Source: Candidatus Parcubacteria bacterium (GTDB lineage Bacteria > Patescibacteriota > Minisyncoccia > UBA6257 > HR35). Taken from it: DNA of 64,000 bases. Where the stretch lies: NCBI GenBank assembly GCA_025999335.1, contig AP024681.1, positions 615,610 to 679,609 of the forward strand, read 5' to 3'. Below, piece by piece: positions 57,541 to 64,000 of the stretch (position 1 is its first letter; the number at the start of each line of letters is the position of its first letter). Below the pieces are notes generated by a model that did not search any database, had not been told where the DNA came from, and saw nothing but the letters and a program-made list of their open reading frames with translations. Both the position numbers and the translations under genes were made by a program.

Positions 57541-58749
57541 CTATTCAAAAATTATTTTATAAAATCTTTTTTTGCCAACTTTTAAGATTGCTTCATCTCT
57601 GAGAGAAGTTTTAAAGGATTCATCTAAGAAAATTTTTTTGCTATCAATTTCAATAGCTCCATTTTTTAAGTACTCTTTTAATTCACTATTACTACGAAAA
57701 ATTTTTGTTGCTTTGAGAATTTCAATTAAAGGTTTATTTTTTAAACTACTAACTAATTTAATTGTCTCTAAAACATTTTCAGTTGGAATTTCCTTTTTTT
57801 GAAAAATTTTCTCAAATTCCTCTTTAGCTTTTTCTGCTTTTTCTTTACTATGATATAAAGTTACAATCTCTACGGCTAATCTTTTTTTAGCTTGCATTGG
57901 ATGAAGTTTATTTAAAATCTCTTTTATTTCTTTCTCTTTAAGGTTAGTGCATAATTTAAACCATTGTTCCATTAATTCATCAGGAAGGCTCATAATTTTA
58001 CCAAACATTTCATTTGCTGATTCCGTAATGCCAACATAATTACCATAACTTTTACTCATTTTTCTTCCATCCGTTCCTAAAAGCAAAGGCATTAAGATTA
58101 CCACTTGTTTTTCTTGATTAAAAAAAGTTTGCAATTCTCGACCAACCAAACAATTAAATCTTTGATCTGAACCGCCTAATTCAATGTCAGCATTGAGCAT
58201 TACGCTATCATAACCTTGTATTATTGGGTAAATAATTTCATGCAAATGAATAGGCAAATTTTCTTTTAATCTATTTTCAAAGTCTTCTCGAGCTAAAATT
58301 TGTTGAATTGTTAGTTTAGAGAGTAATTTTATTATTTTTTCAAAATTCATCTTCTTTAGCCATTCTGAATTATAACGAATTTCTAGATTATCTTTTTTCA
58401 AAATTTTTAAAGCTTGCTTTAAATAGGTTTTCATATTTTTTTTAATTTCCTCATCACTAAGTTGAGGGCGAGTTATTTTTTTTCCAGTTGGATCGCCAAT
58501 TTTAGCTGTAAAGTCTCCAATTATTAAAACTGCCGTATGTCCTAAATCTTGAAATTCTCTTAATTTTCTCAAAACAGTCGCAAAACCTAAATGAATGTCC
58601 GGAGATGTAGGATCAATGCCCAATTTTACTCTTAATGGTTTTTTATCTTTAATAGCTTTTTTAATTTTATTTTCTAGATCTTTTGCAGTAATAATTTCTA
58701 AGGTTCCTTTTTTTATTATTTCTAATTGTTCTTTGGGTGATTTTCCCAT
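57541..58749 (-). CDS. tyrS: Tyrosine--tRNA ligase
   Basis: HIGH 'DPTSPDIHLGF', 'KMSKS', C-terminal S4-like domain. Confidence 0.9.
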   Translation of the reverse strand: MGKSPKEQLEIIKKGTLEIITAKDLENKIKKAIKDKKPLRVKLGIDPTSPDIHLGFATVLRKLREFQDLGHTAVLIIGDFTAKIGDPTGKKITRPQLSDEEIKKNMKTYLKQALKILKKDNLEIRYNSEWLKKMNFEKIIKLLSKLTIQQILAREDFENRLKENLPIHLHEIIYPIIQGYDSVMLNADIELGGSDQRFNCLVGRELQTFFNQEKQVVILMPLLLGTDGRKMSKSYGNYVGITESANEMFGKIMSLPDELMEQWFKLCTNLKEKEIKEILNKLHPMQAKKRLAVEIVTLYHSKEKAEKAKEEFEKIFQKKEIPTENVLETIKLVSSLKNKPLIEILKATKIFRSNSELKEYLKNGAIEIDSKKIFLDESFKTSLRDEAILKVGKKRFYKIIFE

Positions 58750-58841
58750 TTATAGTTTAATTGTTATAATTAAATAGGCTTTTTAAAATTATACAGCAAA
58801 ACTTATAATAAAACCAAACTAATGTTAAAACAATTTTATTA

Positions 58842-60329
58842 ATGAAGAAATTGATATTTTTAATTTTTATCGGAGTAGCGGCTGTTGTGTTTTTGTTTAA
58901 AGATTATTTTGAAAAACTTTATTTTCAACCTCAAAAAGCAATAGAGAAAAAAGTGGAGAAGGGAATTAGTGAGATTAAAAGCTATGAAATTGTTTTTAGT
59001 AATTTAGAAATTCCTTGGAGTATTGTCTTTTTGAATGAAAATCAAATTTTAGTAACTGAAAGACAAGGTAGAGTGAAAATTATTGATTTAAAAGAAAAAA
59101 GAATTGTTCAAAATTTTGAAATTAAGGAAGTAAAACATATTGGCGAGGGTGGGCTTTTAGGAGCAGAAATTCACCCAAAATTTAAAGAGAATGGGTTTAT
59201 TTATCTTTATTACACAACAGAAAAGGACGAAGAATTGATTAATAGAGTTGAAAGATATATTTTAAAAGATAGTGAGCTTACCAAAGATAAAGTTATTGTT
59301 GATAATATTCCGGCAAGTAGCGTTCATAATGGAGGAAGAATAAAATTTAGTCCTGATGGTTATTTATATATTACAACTGGCGATGCTGGAAATTCTGAAA
59401 ATGCTCAAAATGTTAATTCATTAGCCGGGAAAATTTTAAGAGTAAAAGACGATGGCAGTATTCCTGAAGATAATCCATTTAAAAATGAGGTTTATGCTTA
59501 TGGAATTAGAAATTCCCAGGGAATTAGTTGGGACAAAAATGGTAATTTATGGTCAATTGATCATGGAAGATCGGGTATAAAGAGCGGTTTAGATGAAATT
59601 AATTTAATTGAGAAAGGCAAAAATTACGGTTGGCCCCTTATTCAAGGAGATGAGAAAAAAGAAGGAATGGAAACGCCGATTATTAATTCTGGTCCGGATA
59701 TTACTTGGGCGCCAGCTGATTTAATTTATTATGAAGGCAATCTATTTTTTACAGGATTAAGAGGTCAGGGTTTATATCAATATAATATTCAAAATAGAAA
59801 TTTAAAAGTTCATTTCTTCCAACAATTCGGCAGATTAAGAGCTTTAACTTTAGGTCCTGACGGTTATTTTTATTTATCAACATCTAATCGTGATGGCAGA
59901 AATTATCCTCAAGAAGGAGATGACAAAATTATTAAAATAACCCCTCAATATTTATTGAGTGAAAAAACTATTTACAAAAACGATCAAATAGAAATTTTTT
60001 CTCCCAAGCCTAATGAAAAAATTAAAAGTCCTTTAAAAATTACTGGTCAAGCAAGAGGTAATTGGTTTTTTGAAGCTACTTTTCCTATAGTTTTAACTGA
60101 TTGGAACGGAAAAATTATTGCTGAAAGTTATGCTCAAGCTAAGGGTGAGTGGATGACAACTGATTTTGTACCTTTTGAAGCTATTTTAAATTTTGAAACC
60201 ACTGTGTTTTCTGATACTCTAGAAAATCATTTTAGCCGAAGAGGTTATTTAATCTTACAAAAAAATAATCCTTCAGGTTTACCAGAACACGATAATACTT
60301 TAAAAATTCCCGTTATCTTTGATTTTTAA
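58842..60329 (+). CDS. PQQ-dependent soluble sugar (glucose/sorbosone) dehydrogenase-like beta-propeller protein with a C-terminal domain
   Basis: 'LEIPWSIVFLNENQILVTERQGRVKII', 'GGRIKFSPDGYLYITTGD', 'GKNYGWP' are GSDH family motifs. Confidence 0.65.
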   Translation: MKKLIFLIFIGVAAVVFLFKDYFEKLYFQPQKAIEKKVEKGISEIKSYEIVFSNLEIPWSIVFLNENQILVTERQGRVKIIDLKEKRIVQNFEIKEVKHIGEGGLLGAEIHPKFKENGFIYLYYTTEKDEELINRVERYILKDSELTKDKVIVDNIPASSVHNGGRIKFSPDGYLYITTGDAGNSENAQNVNSLAGKILRVKDDGSIPEDNPFKNEVYAYGIRNSQGISWDKNGNLWSIDHGRSGIKSGLDEINLIEKGKNYGWPLIQGDEKKEGMETPIINSGPDITWAPADLIYYEGNLFFTGLRGQGLYQYNIQNRNLKVHFFQQFGRLRALTLGPDGYFYLSTSNRDGRNYPQEGDDKIIKITPQYLLSEKTIYKNDQIEIFSPKPNEKIKSPLKITGQARGNWFFEATFPIVLTDWNGKIIAESYAQAKGEWMTTDFVPFEAILNFETTVFSDTLENHFSRRGYLILQKNNPSGLPEHDNTLKIPVIFDF

Positions 60330-60404
60330 TTAAAACAATCCCCGCAATATGTTATATTTATATTAATATAAATTAAAAGGTCTTTTTAAAAAATAAGATA
60401 AAAA

Positions 60405-61253
60405 ATGTACCTTGTTATTTTAATTTCATCTTTTTCAGGAGCTTTAGTTGCTTATCATATTTATTATCATAAAAGACAAAAAAAACCGTTAGTTTGTCCA
60501 TTGAAAGCAGATTGCGAAAATGTTGTCCATAGTAACTATTCAAAATTTTTAGGAATTGATTTAGAAAAATTAGGAATTTTTTATTATTCTTTAATTTTTA
60601 TAAGTTATTTAATATATCAAATAAGTGGTTTTGATTATTTAATTTTTGATTTTGTTCTTTTTAGCTTATCTTTGCTTGCTTTTCTTTTTTCTATTTATTT
60701 AACCTTTATTCAAGTTTTAAAAATAAGGAAATTTTGCAGCTGGTGTTTGGTTTCGGCATTTCTTTCATCTTTAATATTTTTAAATTCTTACTTTTTGTAT
60801 AGAGAAAGTATAGTTTTTATGGCTAAAATGTTAAGAGATATAACTGTTTTTGTTCATGCTTTAAGCGGAGGAGTTGGTTTAGGAGTAGTTTTAGTTGTTG
60901 ATTATTTATTTTTTAAATTTTTGAAAGATAGAAAAATTGACCAGCGTGAAAAAGAAGTATTAGATCATCTTTCTGATTTTGTTTGGTTAGTTTTAGGTTT
61001 AATTATTGTTTCGGGATTATTTATTTATTTTTCAGATATGGAAAAATATCATAATTCAGTTAAATTCCAATTTAAAATGATTGCTGTATCTATTCTAATT
61101 ATCAATGGATTTTTAATGAATCTTTTTATCTCTCCCAAGCTTATAGATTTAGATTTAAAAAATTTGTCATCTTATAAAGAAAAAATGGCAATTATAATGG
61201 GGACAATTTCTTTTATGTCTTGGTTTTTAAGTTTTTGCTTTAGGAAGAATTAA
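60405..61253 (+). CDS. Vitamin K epoxide reductase (VKOR)-family membrane protein with extra C-terminal TM helices
   Basis: 'CPLKADCENVVHSNYSKFLGIDLEKLGIFYY' loop Cys pair and TM 'CSWC' active site. Confidence 0.5.
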   Translation: MYLVILISSFSGALVAYHIYYHKRQKKPLVCPLKADCENVVHSNYSKFLGIDLEKLGIFYYSLIFISYLIYQISGFDYLIFDFVLFSLSLLAFLFSIYLTFIQVLKIRKFCSWCLVSAFLSSLIFLNSYFLYRESIVFMAKMLRDITVFVHALSGGVGLGVVLVVDYLFFKFLKDRKIDQREKEVLDHLSDFVWLVLGLIIVSGLFIYFSDMEKYHNSVKFQFKMIAVSILIINGFLMNLFISPKLIDLDLKNLSSYKEKMAIIMGTISFMSWFLSFCFRKN

Positions 61254-61548
61254 ATTTTTAGACGCAAATCTTTCAACTTTAGTTTTACTCTACTTTTTAA
61301 TTTTAATTATTTCATCCGTGTTAGGTGTTGTATTCTTTAATATAAAAAAAACTTTAGTAAAAAGAAACTAAAAATTTTAACTTAAATATTTCAAAAAATT
61401 TTTTAATTTTATAAGCATCTATTACTTATATAAGAATATTAAACAATGATTCAAAATTCATATTGCTTTGATTTTTAAATCGTTTTTTCTAGGTTTTAAA
61501 AAATTTTTCTTAAAGATTATAGTAAATTAAGTAAAAGTGAAGACAAAC

Positions 61549-61602
61549 AAAATATTTAAAAACAACATTCCAACATTCTTAAGAATGTTGGAATGTTAGC
61601 TT
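61549..61602. repeat. 54-bp repeat containing a perfect 17-bp-arm palindrome (copy 1)
   Basis: aaaatatttaaaaacAACATTCCAACATTCTTAAGAATGTTGGAATGTTagctt. Confidence 0.5.
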
Positions 61603-61767
61603 ATATTCTATAATCTTAAATAGATTAGAATATAATTAATATAATCTTTAACTTTTAAGAAAATATTAAAATATTAATTAATTAAAAAATTATAATATTT
61701 ATTATATTCATTGCTAGTTTTTACACGTATTTTTAATAATAAAAATTTATATCATTAAGATTCATTT

Positions 61768-62346
61768 ATGAAAAACGAAATTGAAGCAACATTTCTTTCG
61801 GTTAATAAAGATTCAGTACGAACTAAACTTAAGAAAGCTGGATTTGAACTAAAAACTCCTGAATATTTAATGCGGAGAAAAACTTTTGATTTCTCCCGTG
61901 TTGCGCCAGGCCAAAACAAATGGGGACGTGTTCGTCAGGAGGCAGATATGGTAACGATGACTATAAAGGAAATTCGTGGATCGGGAATTAACGACACTTA
62001 TGAAATTGAACTAATAGTTAACGACTTTGATACTGCCTGTGATTTTTTTGAAGCATGTGGCATTCCTGCGAAAGCGTTTCAAGAAAATATGCGCGAGGTA
62101 TGGACACGTAATGGCGTTGAAGTAACGATTGACACATGGCCTGGGCTAAATCCGTTTGTTGAGATTGAAGGTGAAAACGAAAAGGTTGTTCGGGACATAT
62201 CTAAAGAGCTTGGTTTTGATTTTGAAAAGGCTGTTTTTGGAAGTATTGATCTAATATACGAAAAAGAGCTTGGTATTCCTGCCGAAATAATTATTCGTTT
62301 ACCAGAAATTACCTTTGCTAATCCGCCAAAGAAAAAGGACATGTAA
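61768..62346 (+). CDS. CYTH-like domain protein (class IV adenylyl cyclase/triphosphatase fold), tentative
   Basis: N-terminal 'EIEATFLSV' (EIE.KF motif); GC content visibly higher than its neighbours. Confidence 0.45.
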   Translation: MKNEIEATFLSVNKDSVRTKLKKAGFELKTPEYLMRRKTFDFSRVAPGQNKWGRVRQEADMVTMTIKEIRGSGINDTYEIELIVNDFDTACDFFEACGIPAKAFQENMREVWTRNGVEVTIDTWPGLNPFVEIEGENEKVVRDISKELGFDFEKAVFGSIDLIYEKELGIPAEIIIRLPEITFANPPKKKDM

Positions 62347-62564
62347 TTCATATATTTTTACACATTATTAAAATTTATAAATATTTATAATTGATTAATT
62401 TTTAAAGTTTTCATAATACAGTAACAATCCTTAAATTCTTTATAGAAAAACAAAATTATTTTTGAATCTAATAATTTAATCTTTTTAATTCTTTAAAAAG
62501 TTTCATAAGTTCTAGGTGTTAAATAGATATTAGCATTTTATAAATCTGTATTAAAATTATTCTA

Positions 62565-63611
62565 ATGAAGTTTAAATTTAAGATTTCCCAAACAGGAAAT
62601 TTTTATTTTTTTATTTGGAATCTTAGCGAGTGGCATTTTTCCTGTAGGCCCGAAGTAAATTACTATTGGAAAACTTTTTCGCCAACCAAATCTTTTAAAG
62701 AAGAACTTTTATTGGAAAAATATTTAAAAAAATCAGCGAATATTTTTAAAAAATACGAAAAAGAGAAAGGCGAAGTTGTTTTTCCAGTTCTCGCTAAAGC
62801 TTTAAAGGCTAAAAGCAAAAAAGATATTTTGAATGAACTTAAAGGAAGAGACAGAATTTTTATGGAAAAAGTTTTTAAGGTTTTTGAGACAATGTTTTCT
62901 TTTTATTGGCAGGAATCAAAGCCAAGATTAAAAAAATTTATTCAGCTTTTTGCAAATCCTAAAGTAGAAAAATTAATTGGCAAAGCCCTAAAAATACTTG
63001 AAATTTATTTTGGCAAGATAGATTCTAAAGAAATTACTGTTTATCTTTTAATGATACCTCAGCATTTTATGGGCGGAGGTGGCGCTAATGTTGGAAGAAA
63101 TAAAATAACCGTGGAAATTGGCAATATTTCTCCTAAAGGATTTCGATGGTCTTTAATTACCATCTTACACGAAATTGCCCATGTTTGCTTTCAATATCAT
63201 CAAAGTTATTTCGATAATTTGCTAAAAGAATTTTTAAAATCTTTAAATAAACAAGAAATTAAAGAAATTAATATTGATAAAATATTTGATAACGATTTAA
63301 TAACTATTTTTAGAGAAGGTATTACTTCTTCAATAATTTCTGATGGTATCATTGATGATATTCTTTTTAAAACCAATACAAGAAAAAAATTGGAATTTCA
63401 GTTAAAAAATATTGATTTTATTAAAACTTATCCTGAAGGTTATTTTAGAAAATTTATGAGTTACTATCTTTATCCTTTAAACAAAAAATATCTTCGCCAA
63501 AAAAGAAAAATTGATAAAAATTATTTAAAAGAATCTTTAAAATTAATTAAAAAATTTAATAAGATATATAAAAAATTTAACGGTTATATAAGATTATACA
63601 ATTTCAATTAA
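62565..63611 (+). CDS. Hypothetical protein with an HExxH motif ('LHEIAHVCF')
   Basis: ORF; possible zinc-metallopeptidase-like motif. Confidence 0.35.
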   Translation: MKFKFKISQTGNFYFFIWNLSEWHFSCRPEVNYYWKTFSPTKSFKEELLLEKYLKKSANIFKKYEKEKGEVVFPVLAKALKAKSKKDILNELKGRDRIFMEKVFKVFETMFSFYWQESKPRLKKFIQLFANPKVEKLIGKALKILEIYFGKIDSKEITVYLLMIPQHFMGGGGANVGRNKITVEIGNISPKGFRWSLITILHEIAHVCFQYHQSYFDNLLKEFLKSLNKQEIKEINIDKIFDNDLITIFREGITSSIISDGIIDDILFKTNTRKKLEFQLKNIDFIKTYPEGYFRKFMSYYLYPLNKKYLRQKRKIDKNYLKESLKLIKKFNKIYKKFNGYIRLYNFN

Positions 63612-63772
63612 ATAAAATTTAAAACAATAATTATTTTTTAAAATTTATATGTTTTAAATGCTTCGAAATAGATATTAAATATATAAAATAAATCTTATAT
63701 ATTTTTAAAATTATATAGATTGTATTTTTAAATTTTTAATTAATATTCAGAATATTTTTATGATTTTGAATA

Positions 63773-63826
63773 AAAATATTTAAAAACAACATTCCAATAT
63801 TCTTAAGAATGTTGGAATGTTAGCTT
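63773..63826. repeat. 54-bp palindrome-containing repeat (copy 2; 53/54 identical to copy 1)
   Basis: aaaatatttaaaaacAACATTCCAATATTCTTAAGAATGTTGGAATGTTagctt; the single C-to-T change keeps a G-U pair if transcribed from the + strand. Confidence 0.5.
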
Positions 63827-64000
63827 GAAGATGGTTGATTGCGTGAAAATAAAAAAGAATAAAAAATTAAAATTAATAGATAATTTTACTTTTATTAATT
63901 AGATTTTAAAAATATAAAGCATTAATATAATTGATAAGCTAAAAAGCTTAACGGTTGTTTTGAAAAATAACATTAAAAACTAAAGGAGCATTTAAAAGTT

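Noticed and set aside
57572-58777. + strand ORFs 57572..57802 and 58595..58777
   Set aside because: Antisense in tyrS.
62079-62351. 90-aa - strand ORF
   Set aside because: Antisense in the GC-richer CYTH-like gene, which lacks stops on the opposite strand.
1-64000. tRNA, rRNA and CRISPR scan
   Set aside because: No GC-rich 70-90-nt blocks with a GTTCGAATC-like T-loop were seen. No rRNA-like conserved stretches were seen. No regularly spaced direct-repeat arrays were seen. The only regular repeats are intragenic (56054..57457) or the dispersed elements described above.

Overview
This is a 64 kb window of a very AT-rich (about 25-30% GC) bacterial contig. It is densely coded with many small, divergent proteins. 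The gene content looks like an uncultivated, possibly CPR/Patescibacteria-like organism (a type IV pilin fused to LamG, a CdaA-YbbR fusion, few biosynthetic genes); that placement is inference. All calls are by eye from the sequence and the ORF track; no searches were run.

Main contents:
- Two membrane sensor histidine kinases bracket three tandem stand-alone CheY-like receivers (positions 124-8507).
- A ThiF/E1-like, nitroreductase-family and PaaK/F390-synthetase-like ligase operon (8.5-12.1 kb).
- A small isoprenoid block of idi, YjbQ, a polyprenyl synthase and a UbiA prenyltransferase (12.6-15.4 kb).
- Housekeeping genes: murD, tyrS, a SpoU methyltransferase, CutA and SfsA.
- A type II restriction-modification (R-M) pair next to an MGMT-YrdC fusion (23.5-26 kb).
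- A copper-homeostasis island of about 10 kb (33.8-43.5 kb): CsoR, Met-rich periplasmic proteins, a DUF411/CopG-like protein, a multicopper oxidase, a redoxin and a CPH-motif P1B-type ATPase.

The most interesting feature is a compact YcaO plus SagB-type dehydrogenase (TOMM/LAP-type) RiPP cluster at 43.5-47.7 kb:
- It has an unannotated 59-aa Cys/Ser/Thr/Gly-rich precursor peptide.
- A near-consensus sigma70 promoter sits upstream of the precursor.
- An ABC-F ATPase is translationally coupled downstream and is a candidate self-immunity protein.
- The whole roughly 4.1 kb islet is inserted at the 3' end of the copper ATPase gene and is flanked by about 83-bp direct repeats of that 3' end.

Other points of note:
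- A GC-rich GTTCGCR repeat element is present in at least three copies, two of them inserted in-frame inside coding sequences.
- A separate 115-nt GC-rich in-frame insertion sits in a membrane-protein gene.
- Two 54-bp perfect-palindrome repeats flank a two-gene cassette of slightly higher GC.
- No tRNA, rRNA or CRISPR array was recognised.
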